Both the position numbers and the translations under genes were made by a program. Positions 49,835-63,609 of a stretch of 64,000 nucleotides of DNA are shown here, one piece after another. The notes below the pieces were generated by a model that worked only from the letters and a program-made list of their open reading frames with translations, searched no databases and was not told the origin of the DNA. Each line of letters begins with the position of its first letter. The stretch's first letter is position 1. This DNA comes from Syncephalis fuscata S228 (Eukaryota; Fungi; Zoopagomycota): the NCBI GenBank assembly GCA_025786725.1, contig JAHLTZ010000041.1:1-64000 (forward strand). Direction: 5' to 3'.

Positions 49835-52800
49835 TTAAGCAATCATTTGATTCATCAAATCCAGTCCACGTCGGAATCCATCCTGTATACGTGGATGCTC
49901 TCTAATTTCTTCAGGGAATAAATTCTTCCAATACATGTACCTATCGTTTAAACAGTCAGCATCTATTAAATCAGCACTATTGTAGTTATACTTGCCATTC
50001 GGTGACTTCATCATAGTTCGGCTTGCCTTGCAACCAAAGTGAAAGTAATTCAAGCCATTTTGGAAAGAATTCCTGTTCAAGCAGTTGGGCCATGGTGGTT
50101 GTCGGTAACATCGGCAGCCACGATAGTACCCATTCCAGTGGAGCTAATAGCATGACTCGTTAGATATAATAATTAAATACAAAAGCCAAACTTACCTAGA
50201 TCTTGTTGCTGTGGATTAACTTCAAACTCAACTCGTAGCGCCATGGTCAGTTTGGGCAATATAGTGGTAGTAAGTAGATGGTCCATATCTACAGATTGGA
50301 ATACACCTTGCCACGGCAAAAGTACATCCAAAGCTGATGGATCCGACGGGTGCCATTGCTGCAATATTACCGTGTACTTGTGTCGGATAGGCGTCCATAG
50401 CTCTTCCATCCATTCACCTATTAGTGTTTATTGATACGTTATTGCTACATCATAAAACGGATTCGCTGCTAATACTTACTCATTACTGGCAACCAAGGAT
50501 GAAGCCATGTATGAATCTTGACCGGGTCCTGTCGTGGATTCCAGTCGTCTATGGCACGACGTAATTTTGGCAATATTACTTGATGACAAATATTATCAAA
50601 TATAAATTGCGGCAATAGATCTTTCCATTGCTCGAATAGCATAACCGCTGGATCAGAATTGTGTGGATCCCATTCATTACTAACCAGGATTAGTAAATTA
50701 ACCATTATTGGCACTTTTACTTACTTTAAAGTGGATCGAATACGCGGTAACCAGTAATGATAAAACATGCTTTCATAAGCAGTCATTACACGTTCCTGCT
50801 TTTTATCAATGGTAGGTGTCGGCCAATGATGCTGGTATACATCATTATCGCCATTATTTGTATGTGGTGCGGGAGTGTTTACAAATGGACGCCATTTCCT
50901 TATTTCCTCCACTAAACAAGCCGGATCTTTTAAAGGTTCCCAGTCCGCCGATAATTGATGTCGTACCTAATTAGTTCAAATTAATATTATTATACGTTTA
51001 TTAAATATATTTACTTACCACTGGAACTAATAATGCTATTACAAGATTATCTAACGATAATTGCCCATACTCTTTTACATACTCAGTATGTAATTTAATT
51101 AAATATTCTTCATAAACTGTCATTGACAGCTCTGCTGTTAAAGCATTATCCTTTGCTAGTGTCTGGCATGTTTTGACCAAGCCCATCACCTGTTCTAACC
51201 GTTTAATATCTACCATACACATATTAGTGTTGCTAATAGCTGCTATATTTCTTTCCTTGCTACCTTGCTGTTCGTGTGTTATCTTTGAATCGAGTAAATT
51301 AGCCTCTGTTTCTGCCTCTGTGTGCTGGGCCGTCAATAGTCGCTTCTCACGACCACATCGTGCAACATCTTTACGCGCCATATCGGTTAACAAGTCCAAA
51401 TTATGTCGCAATTCCATAAATCGAGTAGATGCAGCCCTTCCCGTCGGTGTTGATCGAATATCCGTTGAAGTAATGGTGCGTACCTGTGGACCAGTATAAT
51501 CTACCACCATCGTTTGACTTTGTTGTGCCGTTTCTTGCTCAGCCAATGCAATCACCTCATCAACTGTACGATACGTAATTTTCTTTTTACGAGGCTGTGC
51601 TGATCTTTGACCTCTGCCTAATGATTTCTTCATCCAACCGGGTATATCATTTTCTTTTGCAGTCTTTTTACTTATTCTAGCTCGTTTCTCATCTTCTCCT
51701 CCGAATCACTAGCAGCCAGACCTCGTCTATTAACATTTGTATTAACACCGTGCATTTTATTTATAATCATTCCAATAACAACTTACTTAATTTCATCTTC
51801 TCGTGCCTGAGCAGTCTTTTCTTTAAATCCACCAAAGGCAATGCCCATAGCCTTCGGTCTTAACTTAGTCTCAATTGGTCGAGCAATACCCTGGCCTGAC
51901 TCGCCTAGACCGGTGCCCTATATAAACTTATTAATTGGATATATTACTCTATCTGTATATACTTTACTTACCGGTACGTGGCCCATCTTTAACAGTAGCT
52001 TTGCACCAAGACCGGTTGTATGTTTGGCCCAGTCTGGAGCATGGTCATCGTCACCAATGGCTCTATTACTTTCTTTAGATCGTTTTCCTTTTCCCAAACC
52101 ATTCTTTGAAAAGCCATGCCCACTTCTATTACGCGAAGAACCAAAAGCAGTGGGTATATTGCCTTGTAGATCACCATCACCACCATTGACATCTTCAACA
52201 CTTTCACTAAAACCAAGTCTACTTGTTGATGCTGTAGGCGAATGTTGTGCACCAAGTCCCATTGTTGTATTGGACATACCCAATCCAAGACCGCCTACGC
52301 CACCACGATGATCATCGTATTCTTCTTCTTCTTCTTCTTCTTCATCAACATTCATTGATGCTGTATCAAGCGATATAAATTCCTCTTCTGGATCTTTTTG
52401 TCTACTCGATGATGCTGATACAAATGCAATATCGCCACTGTTAATTTAATTAATATTTAGCTATACTAGTCTGGTGCAATTTATTACATCTAGACAACTT
52501 ACCTAGCAGATGAACGTGATAGTTACGACTTCTATCGTGTCGTCCCTCGTCGTCATTAAACACGCCATAGGTTTGTTCATCACGTCCTCTAGATGACCAT
52601 GGGCGTTTTCGTGATGAATGATCTAGTTGGCTGTTTAAGTCTACAGTCCCTTGTCTTATTTCTATTATAACTTACTTTGAAAGCGCTCTGCTTCTGCGCG
52701 TAAATCATTAACAGATACATTAAGTCTCCTTGCTTCCCTCTCTAGCTCTTCATATTCCGCATTCTGATCATAATCACCATTTTCCTCTTCTCCTGAAGAG

Positions 52801-52844
52801 CTTGTGCTATCTTCAGCGAGTAATTCCTGTTTTCTACGACCCAT
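49835..52844 (-). CDS. TFIP11: Tuftelin-interacting protein 11 / Ntr1 / Spp382 (G-patch + GCFC) spliceosome disassembly factor
   Basis: G-patch HTTGLGAKLLLKMG..GLGESGQGIARPI; ELRHNL; IHTWLHPWLP; WHPSDPSA; C-terminal FRRGLDLMN. Confidence 0.9.
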
Positions 52845-52941
52845 AACGAATAAGTATTAATGAATTTAGACGTGTCAATAGATACAAGCACTAGAATCTT
52901 TATTTAAACGAAACTGTATTCCAGCCAATCTAGTTTATTAA

Positions 52942-55884
52942 TTAAACTGGATTGGTGAAATGACTACCTAATTGTATACCATCATTTTGATGTAACATTT
53001 CTAGCACCAATTTGCGCTGATAAGCATCATTGTTATTAGCGCCATCATTATTTTTATCCAGTTGTTTGAGGAACTGGATTACACGCTTTGGTCTGCAGAA
53101 ACGAAGCATACTATGGCTGGTTTTACAGGGAAATAAGCGTTTGCCACTACCATCCACTTGTTGCTGATCCACCAATAACTGTGCCAATTCACGAAAGTCG
53201 GAAATGCCATAATCTGGCAGTAATGCAGAACAGATACCATGCAACATAAGAGCTTATCTTAAAGGTTAGGCTACATAATAGTTATTATACTTTATTACTT
53301 ACTTGTTGTGCGTTGTCGTAAATCAAAGCCATTGGCTATAATTCGCTTATCTGTAATACGTCGTTCATTGCTATTAAAGGTAGGTTGCGATTCAAGTGAT
53401 GATAGTAGCTGATAGGCTGCCTCACCTCCTACCATGCTAATAGTTTATCAAAATTGATATTTTAGCTTATTAAAATTACTAATTAATGCCATTTACCTTG
53501 CATCAAGTATGATTGGTTCGGGGAAAGTTGTATCCACTGCAAATTCATACGATTCCAAATGCTGTTCAAACTTTTGATTGTTTTCTCTAAATAATAAACA
53601 GTTTTAGTGTCAATACATTAAGTTATTGTATTAATATTTACCGTGCCAGCCTAATTGCCACTAGTCCATCGGCATGTACACCAAACCATATATCTTCACT
53701 TTGACCAATAATTCTAGGACTATCACTTGCTACTGAGTACTGGTTAAATGAAGTAGACTGATAGGCTGTAGCATTGATTTTTACTTGCTGCCAATCAACC
53801 ACCATATCTTCAGTCATTTTACGCGTATATAATGGCGATTCTTTGTTTGGACACTGCCAAAATAAAGAATTAGTAACATTTTGTTTATTCAGTGGAGTTG
53901 AATCAACTGTAGAATGAGCTTGTATTTGTTGATTACTATTTGGAAAATAGTCTTGTATATAATTTGTTTGGTTATCCGATGATAACTCCAAACCAGGTGA
54001 TTTCTTTATTAATTTACGACTATCAGTGTCACTGACTAATTTTTGTTGTTGTATTGGACTGATCGGCGAAGGTGGCGTAGCATGTTTAGTATTGCTATGA
54101 TATGACTTTGTTGTCCATTGGCTTTTATGAAATTTGTTTTTCTTGAGCTTTTGTTTTTTCATTGAAAATGAGCGATTATAATAAAGCGATGACTTCTTTG
54201 GCGGTGTATTTATTATGCTAATTATGTTTATTATATTTTATTATACAAGTATATTGTTATGTTTAATAAATACAATATGTAATTATTTATATAAACACGA
54301 GATGTATACTTACTTGTTTTCTGACTTATATATTAAGTCTTGGGTATTGTCATCATCTGAATAATTTACATCTAGCGAATAGACATGATCGAGTAGTCGA
54401 TAAATAGAATCCATAAGTGTTTTAGGATCACGAAATAACACACGATCCTTACTTGGGACGATATTAACTATTATCAAATAAGTATAATGTTCTAATGTCT
54501 TAATTCCTTACCATCATACATATTTGTAGGCATTTCCAGTTGCATAAACATAAAAAGTGATTTATTGCTTATTTTATCTACTTATTTATTAGATAAATAA
54601 TGCTATTAACTTTATTAGTTACCTAATTTGCCATTAAAAGTATTAGAATAAGCTTGACGAACTGCTCGTTCAATATTGCGAATATCATCGACTATCTTCA
54701 TTGGACGACCATTAATATAAATTGCTGGTGATTGTGTTGTGTACAAATAGGTAGGATCTATTAACAAATATTTTAGACAAATAAATAGCGTAGTAAATTA
54801 TATTACCTGAACCTATTTGTGGTAACAAAGCAGTAATAGTTATATTATTATCACGCCACTCTACTCTACGCAAATGATCGGCCACAGTCTTTCCTAATAG
54901 AGTAGCTACTTTGGCCTGTGTCGTGACACCATCTCCAGTGGATGTCCATTCTTTATGCACACCATGTGACCAATAGCGTAGATTGAAATGAATATTGGTA
55001 TTCGTAAAAGCATAACAGCGCAATGTCTCTGTCACGCAGCCTATAATACTTTTAATAGATGTTTGTTCAGCAAGCTAATTATTTACAAATCAATTAATAT
55101 TAACCATCAATTTAAACAATAGTCTTACTTTACGTCTCACTGGCAATCTACCAAACACATTTTGAACAATGACACTTGTGCCTGTCTCTCCACTAGTTAA
55201 ATGAGATCTAATAAATAATTGAATTAGTATCATTTTATTTATTAAACCAGCACTTACTTGTTGATCTTGCCACAAGCATCTAATTCTATTAGAGTGGCCA
55301 TGGACTCGCTGCTTACTCGCGTGATTATTGTAACATGGCTTGTTGTACACAGAGAATGTATCACCTCTCCTATTTAATTGTATTTATTATATATTATGTA
55401 ATAACAACTAGTACTATTACCTCGAAAACCAAATGTCCTTATCTGATCTAAATCTGTTGTATGCCGCAGTTTACTTGTACAATATTGCTGCCCCACTAGA
55501 TGATGATCCTTTATAGCAATTCCTATACCATTATCTTTAACCTATTACAATGCAATAAATGACATGTTTATTATGAATATGTATGTGTATGTATGCATAT
55601 ATGCAAACTACGATACAAGTGCATATAGCCTACCATAATAGTATCGAGTCCACCTTCAACAAGACGAACTGTAATATTAGATGCCTGGGCATCCAGTGCA
55701 TTTCTAGCCAGTATTAAGCATGTTACTTTTTAAGCTTTGCCAAGAGTACTTACTCCACCAGTTCCTTAACCACACCGACCACTTCTGTTACTATTGGGCC
55801 TGCCACCAAACGTTGAGCAGTTTCGATTGGCAACTGTTGAACAGTGTTTGTAGATTTAACGTCTACTTGCTGTGGTGCATCCAT
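52942..55884 (-). CDS. PMS1: MutL-family mismatch repair protein, vertebrate PMS1 (MutL-beta) type
   Basis: GHKL motifs VKELVENALDA, DNGIGI, TSKL, TFGFRGE, GTSVIVQNVFGRLPVRR; C-terminal IIANGF, LPDYGISDFREL and CRPKRVIQFL resemble human PMS1 as I recall it. Confidence 0.75.
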
Positions 55885-56408
55885 TATAAATGCCTATATT
55901 AATTAATTGTTGATCATCCAACTATTTACTAATATATAGGAGAACAAGTAACATCGATGGGTTGCGTTGGTGATTAATTCATTATCATTGGTGTAAAATC
56001 TCCGAACAGTCACACCCACATTTTAATGATGCTTGCCAACCTTCGCGTAACTACGCACCACTACAAAAGGCATGGCCGTTGCTGGGCATTCCATTGCAGT
56101 TTATTTTATCACTGACGACGACAGTAGACATGGATGGTATGAAAGAGGTAGATAGAAGACTTTAGCACGTATGAATCCACACATCCATATCATATATACG
56201 CACAAAAGTAACAAAGAGAGCAATTGCCAGAGAAAAAGAAAGAAAGAAAGGACAAATCTAGCGTAGTAAAGATACGAATAGTACATTTACTACAATCCAT
56301 TATTTCTACTATATCTACTAATAACGCCATTTATTATCTGTTTAAAATTAAACTTGATATTTTTAAGCATAGCTGGAGAATAGACGTGTTTACGTTAGGC
56401 CAATAAGC

Positions 56409-58134
56409 ATGGCCACCTTAACGAAACAGAATAGTCCGTGTGTTACAACACTTGTATCTACTATCCACGCTAATGGAGTAGCTACTTCAATTTCAGTTGA
56501 AAATGAAGCAACAATGACCACAGTTACTACTACTACGACAACAACAACACCGTCATCTTCTGAAGCATCTAGTAATTCAATTTCATATGAGGCAATTGTA
56601 ACTACTGCTGAAACGGTAGTATCATCCACTTCTTCTTCCGCTACTTCTACTTCTACTTCTTTATCTTCTTCACCGCTGCCGTGTCGATTACTTATGCTTC
56701 CGCCTGAATTGGTGCTAATTATACTTTGTCGACTCGATTTAGTAACACTTTACCGAATACGTCGATTACACTCAAGTTGGACACCATTAGTACTTGATGC
56801 ACTAACGCGTCATTTGCATCGTACTTCCGTGTTGCTCACCTTTGAACAAGAGGAGCGTTGGCGACTGCGAATTGAAATACCATTTTTACACTTTGATGCT
56901 CGTACATTACTGTGTACATTTGTGCCGCAGCGGGATCCACGCACGGCACGTCGCTATTATCGTTCACTCTTTCTCCGACAGCCTGTATTACGAGCGGTGA
57001 GACGCCAAACACGCTGGGATCGTGGGCATGGCATTTGTATTTTACGACGAAGTGCCAATTTACTTGATCGTCCATGGGCCGTTGAAATTCAACGACCAGG
57101 CTTGCATCGTATTGCTCGTCAAGATGCAGCTGGCCGTGACTGGGAGTGTGTTTATTATGTAACAAGAGACCGACCCATCTCATCAACAACAACAACAAGT
57201 CCACTATTATCACCAGTGAATACAATTAATAATAATACAAATATAACTACATCTGTTCATAACAATCATAGCAATAACACTAACACTACTAGTGGTACTC
57301 ATCATCCGGCACCATTCTCATTAGCATCACCTACTATGGATTTTCTTGTACCTCATGACAGAAATGATATTATTATGGAACATGCACCGGCAGCACTATT
57401 AAGCTCATTAATGCCATTATCGCCAAATCTATCGACGATAACACCATCTCGCTTTATCAATACTGTTCCCTCTATAATAAAACACCACCACCGGTGAACA
57501 TCGTCGAAGTGGTGAGCGTTGGTTATGCCCTGCCATATTCCAGTGCCATTTAGGCTTTCTAATTGGCATTGGTGCATCAACACCGATTACTGCGGTATCA
57601 GGTAGAGAGACACGAAAGGTTCTACGTGACCCTGATGCCGATCTTGTTCGCTATGAGCCCGGAAAGCCGCCACCATCCTTTTCAACAATGGCCTGGCTTG
57701 CTCGATGGTTTAATCGTGTCATCTCACCACATCAGCATTATGATAACACACGATTCAGTAGTGAAAGAAGAACTGCTTCAGCCTTTCCACTAAACTTTCA
57801 AAACCGTCCAATGACTGCTGAAGCATCACTTCGTGCTCATCATCAATTACCATTGTTACGCTACACCTCTGCACCCATTCCTTTAAGCAATACAACTGAT
57901 TTACCAAATGATAGGCGCACTTTATCAACATTACAAGCAAACAGTCGTTCATTATTCTCTAACTTTGTTTCTTTAATCAGTCTACGTCGACATCGACTTA
58001 TTCAAACACCAACGACTACTGCTGCCACTACAGGGTCAGCTGCCACATTGGCGTCATCCTCACGTACCACTGCCACAACTGCTACTACAGTTACTACTAC
58101 AACGGCACCTGTATTCCGAGTTTATGAACACTAA
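56409..58134 (+). CDS. F-box-like protein; frame broken near 57480
   Basis: LLMLPPELVLIILCRLDLVTLYRIRRLHSSW F-box pattern; a second frame is open from ~57483 through the 57688-58134 ORF. Confidence 0.6.
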
Positions 58135-58507
58135 TAGTTATACAAGACTATTATTAACAAGTGCTTATTGAACAAAAAATAACTTTATTACATATGCGTG
58201 GCAATGTACACTATCTATCCCTGCATCTACATAATGATAAATATTTATATATTGTTAATCAATAATTAATAGTTGGATTAATGATAAACATTTTATATAT
58301 TATAATGATTAATTAGCGGTTGAAATTTTGAATACAAAGTATTCTAATTTATAGTAAAATGTATGAAAACGTGAATGAAATAAAACACGGACTGAGACTA
58401 AAAAATAAAGAGTAAAAAGTAAGCTACTTTTTAAAAAAAAACAGGAAACACGCCATCATCGTGTGTGTAGTAGAGATACGCTCTCGTCGTTTCGCTTTGA
58501 ACGTGCG

Positions 58508-61323
58508 CTATAGTCGGGCCGTTTCAAGTATTTTCTGGCAACTTTCTCTATATAGCCACGAATCACCGGCCACTCGTCGGAATCGAATGCCGCACATGCC
58601 AGGCAGCCATGGTGTACGTACAATGCTCACTTCAAACCAGACCTTTAGATTATCGGGCTTATCGATGTCGCCACTTATGCCAGCAGCATCCGTATCAAAT
58701 GCTTCTGGACCAAGACGAGGATCGGCCGCGTCAAGTGGTAGCCAGCAATCAATTCGGCCACGACTTTCACGATGACCAATATCGGCCGCTTCCAGTGCCG
58801 CCAACAATTCAATACGGATCTTTTTTGGCGACCGTGTACTCGTTGTATTAACAGAAAATAGACCCTTAAGAAATACCGTCTTCACTTTAGCATCTACAGT
58901 TGTATCTTCCATGGCCAATACATCGGATTTTGGCGAAACAGTCGACGTGAGTGCATCTAATGAATCGCCATGGGCACTAGGTGTCATTGAACCTTCACTA
59001 AGTGTTGCATCAGGTGCTAATAGTTTGGAGGCGCCGACAGCCTCTTCAGGAATGGCCACTGATGCTTCTGGTGTACTAATAGACGGTAAACGTGATCGTC
59101 GGCCATTGCGTGTACCACTGCCATTGGGCGAACGACGTGACAGCAAACGCGTTAGACGACGACCAAAACTACGGCCACGTAGTTCGTTCTCTTCCTCTTG
59201 TCGAGCAGAATTGGCACTCTTGGTCGATTGTCTACGACGCAATTGGTCACCGCTGCCTGGTCGACGTAATAGGTGCATTGGCGTTGTACTATGACGGCGT
59301 TCAAGTGCCAATCGCTCATCTTCATCATCCGAAAATACATCTCTTGTCGTATCGGCCCGTTTCTTAACCAAACGACGACGACCTGCACTGCCCACCACAA
59401 GGCTAATACGACGCATAATGCCGCCGCCACTATTGCCGCCATTACCACTACTATTGGCTGAACGTGAACTATTATTTGGTGAAGTGGCCAGATTTGGTAC
59501 AACAAGATTCGTGTTGTTGTTATCTGCAGTCGTTTCCTTATCTTCTTCCTTGCCACGAGCAAGACGAACCACATCCGATACAGCTCGTCTAAACCGTGCA
59601 CCACTCTTTTCCGTTTGTTTAGGCGACTTGCTACCATCTGCGCCCTTCAACATTTCAGTATGGACAACAGGCCATTCAGCTGATTCAGGCGATCCAGAGT
59701 CATCTTCGCCTATATCGGCTGTTGCTGCATTGGCATTGTTAATGGCTGCACTAGCAATGGCATCTGCATCATTAATATCGACCCGATATTCACGTACACC
59801 CTCTTCCTCGTCAAATCCAGTAGGTTCGCCGCGCTTCTCACGTTCAATTCGTTCGCGTACCAAATAGTATATGGATACAATTGGATCAAGTTCATCCATT
59901 AATGTTACTTCGTTTGGATCACTTTCTGTAGACACAGCATCCAATGCACCATCCTCGACTCCACTACTCCATCGCCAACGGCATTCTGCTGCCAAACGAC
60001 GTCTATCCGTCCAGGCAGTAACCACTTCTTCCAATCGGTGCAGAATATCGCCCTCTGGTCCAAAATCAAAGCCACGCATACGGCGAATGACTTCAAGATC
60101 GAGGGGTAGTGCCAATGGTTCACGTTCCGGTACATGGTTCTCTGGAGGTCCACCGTAGCCGCGTATCATCCATGGATGATTAGAGATATTGCGCAGCATT
60201 GCTCGTCGTGATGGATCAACGACAAGCATTTGCGATAGCAAATCAACACAGTCCTTGCTAAGCCATTCAGGATATTCGACGTGGCCTCGTTTGATCTTCG
60301 CGTGTAGCATGGGCATACTCTGGTCGTCAAATGGCACCTTGCCACAAACTAGCACATACAGGACATGCCTAAACTCCAGATATCCACCTCCGGTCCAATA
60401 TACGGCCGGGCATTGAGTAATTCAGGTGCAGCAAAGTATAGAGAGCCACAAAAGGTGCTTAGATGCGACCGTGGCGAATACAGATTGGCTAGACCAAAAT
60501 CGATTAACTTAATGCTACCAGAGCTTGAAATAAGAATATTTTCAATCTTTAAATCTAAATCAATGTATTGATAGATGTATTAATTAATATATCATTAATA
60601 AACGTATAAATCAGCACTACTTACCCCGATGAACAATTGAATTACGGTGACAGTAATCAATGGCGGAAACCATTTGTCGTAAGAATTTACGCGCTACTCG
60701 CTCCTTTAGTCGACCATGGCTAATAATATAATCGAGCATTTGCCCACCACTAACATATTCAAATGCTAGGTAGAAATGGCGTGGATGTACAATAAACTCC
60801 TTCAGCGCAACAACATTTGGATGGTGAAGCAGCTGGAGAATAGCCGCTTCACGTACAACGCGCACTTCTTTATTATCGGCATCTTTAGCCGGCTTCATCG
60901 TACCATCTGGATTTTGTGTGGGCAAAGCACGTGGAATGATTTTGACCGCCGCCTAAATTGTTAATAAAAAACATGATCAGCCATTATTATATTTTACATA
61001 TTTTACATATCACCATTTTACGATATGATTATAGCAATAATCCTTATTATCATTATCGTATCCGTTATCGCCACTGCAAATGCCATGCAAATACGTACCT
61101 TTTTGCCCGTAACAACGTGTTGTGCAAGTTTCACCTTGCCCATACTGCCCGCACCTAGTGTTTTGCCAAGCTGAAAACTGCCAATAAGTCGTCGATGCTG
61201 ACGCTGTCCATGGCCGGAACTGCCGTGTCCTTTTGAGTGCTTTGAACGATGATTACCCGCACTGCTGCTTTTACCGCCTTCCGGTCCTGAGCCAGATACT
61301 GGTTTCTGCGCCACAGTTGTCAT
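58508..61323 (-). CDS. KIN1: Kin1/Kin2 (MARK/Par-1 family) Ser/Thr kinase with C-terminal KA1 domain
   Basis: [81 protein letters not shown]. Confidence 0.92.
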
Positions 61324-62967
61324 AGTAAAGAGATACTGCCGTAGATATTAGCCAGCAGCAATCGTAGAGTCGCGTAATTTGAATAGCAGCTATATAGGAT
61401 AGTAGCTGTCGTGGCTGCAATATTCGTTGCTGCACCGATATTATCAATGAAAATAGTACTAAAACACCAATAATAATAATAATAAAGTAGAAATGTAGGA
61501 ATAGCAATGACGAATGTAATAGCAGCGGCAAATAGTAATAAAGCTTAAAAGATGCAAACACTTGAAGGCAAAGACGCCGTATATTCAAAGCGTAATTCAA
61601 GTTAGATGGCTGCACTAAGCAGACACGTTACTACCGTTAATAGAGATGATAATCGGACGGACAATATGTGCTGTGTATACACTTTGCACTCAGTAGTCTC
61701 AGATGAAATAGTAAAGCGACAGTTCGATAGTAAGGTAGGTGTTGTAGTATGGTGGTAGTAGCTGTAAAGTAAAAGTAAAGGTTGCGAAAGGGAAAAGGTG
61801 GTCTACTGGCGAAAGGATAAAGCGTCACTATTAGCAGAGATGATTGCCGAACCACAAAAATACCAATAATAAAGGTCGCGCGGTGAAAGTATAGAAGAAA
61901 AGATTGGTTTGAAAACGAACGCTATTTCTCTTTGTATGGCGGAATAGGAAAGTAGTTTGAGACCAGTCGACGCGTGGAAGTATTGGCCAGTAATAGTATT
62001 CTGTAATGGTATAGCCAGCCACTCATACACACACACACACACAATATTGATAGTCGTTGTTGTTGTTGTCGTTGTCGTGGTGGGGGGTGCGTGTGGCCGC
62101 TTTTGGTCAGTTCCACATGTAACAAAGATTGATGATGGACGACGGCCTTAAGCGGAGTCAACGTTGAGTTTGTAAGTTGATTAAAGCGTGGGTGTGCGTG
62201 TATGTGCGTGGGTGTAAGCGCGTGGGTGAGAACAGTCAATAGCAAGAACAAAGCAATAGTATCGGCGCTGATACCACTATTCGCAATAATAGTAATAATA
62301 AGGGTCGTGGTGTTTATTGTTGTAATAATACTATTAACGGCAATAGTAACAATCAATTGTAATAGAAATAGTAGTCAATAGAGTAATACAGCGTAGAAGA
62401 ACAGCAATAGCTGCTGTTGTAAGTAATAGAATGGTGCGCACATCATACTCCGCGTTTCCATCCCGCCTATTTAGAGAGTAAGGCATGTGGTGGCCTTGTC
62501 CCTGATGTGCATGATGGGCTAGCATGACTAGACTGCCATGCTACATCTCTTGGCAGACTCACATGTTTATATACTCCTTACAACGATTATATGACTATAA
62601 TGATTAGAACAATGAATAGAACACCGCCTATTACTATAACGGATATTAGTATTGCGCTTATTATTAAACATATTTTATTAAATAGTAACAAATTATTGGG
62701 GACTGTATTTTATTAATAAATTGCTCATTTATTCCCAACTTTTGATTATAGAATTATTGGATTCAAATGGATCACTATGACCACATTCATCATGATTATT
62801 TATAGATAGTATATAACGTGATAGTATATATTTATTTACTCGTTAGTCTACGCTCTACTATAACAAATAAGACCTATTTATTCAAGCTAATAACAAAGGA
62901 CAGTCATCAATCCAAAGGGTGTAGATTAAGATGCTAACCTCGTTTGTTCGTTCGTTTGTTCGTTCGT

Positions 62968-63422
62968 TTAAGGAGACGCCGTAGCCAATGTACTATTCTC
63001 AAAAAGATCACCAAAAGCTAAATCATAAAGTTATTAATAGAAACTACACAAATAAAAGACTTGCCATCATAGAAATTATTATGAATAACCCGTTCAAAGT
63101 TGCCTGAACTGCCACCGGCGTAGATATCTGTCTTGCCTAGTCCTCCCATATCTACATCACTATCTGCACCACCACTCATACGATGGCGTTGCAGTGAAGA
63201 AGGTGAGGGTGGTCTATTACCACGATGGCTATCGCGCATTAAATGCTGGAAGGATGGACCGACTAGTTCGGTGTCTTCACTTGGATGAAAACGCTCCTGT
63301 TTAGCAATTGCAGCCATCATGTCATCGTCGGAGTCATCTCCCGACAAACGGTCATCATCGTCGTTTCTATTGACTGAAACAGGTGAGGCTTTATGTTCAG
63401 GATAAATATCCATAGAATCCAT
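62968..63422 (-). CDS. COP9 signalosome subunit 9 (CSNAP/MYEOV2)-like acidic protein
   Basis: Removing a GC-AG intron (63018-63064) gives ERVIHNNFYDAFGDLFEN, matching the CSN9 F/D motif (VHADFFNDFEDLFD). Confidence 0.6.
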
Positions 63423-63609
63423 GATAGATGAGTAGAGTACAAATAGTAAATCAGTTGATTGAATGAATAGAACGTATTAACAAAGGTGTGTGTGAATGAC
63501 GTCAGTTAGTTTTATTATACTTTGACTCTCACATTCTGAGTTTCAAAGCAAAATTCGTTCCAATTGAAGTCATGCTGTTATGCATAACAAACATAGTTAT
63601 AATGTTTAT

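Noticed and set aside
61324-62525. Short ORFs and microsatellites upstream of KIN1
   Set aside because: Low-complexity sequence without protein motifs; probably a long 5' leader or promoter
18232-63422. CSN1 and a CSN9-like gene as a functional cluster
   Set aside because: About 43 kb apart with many unrelated genes in between; likely coincidence
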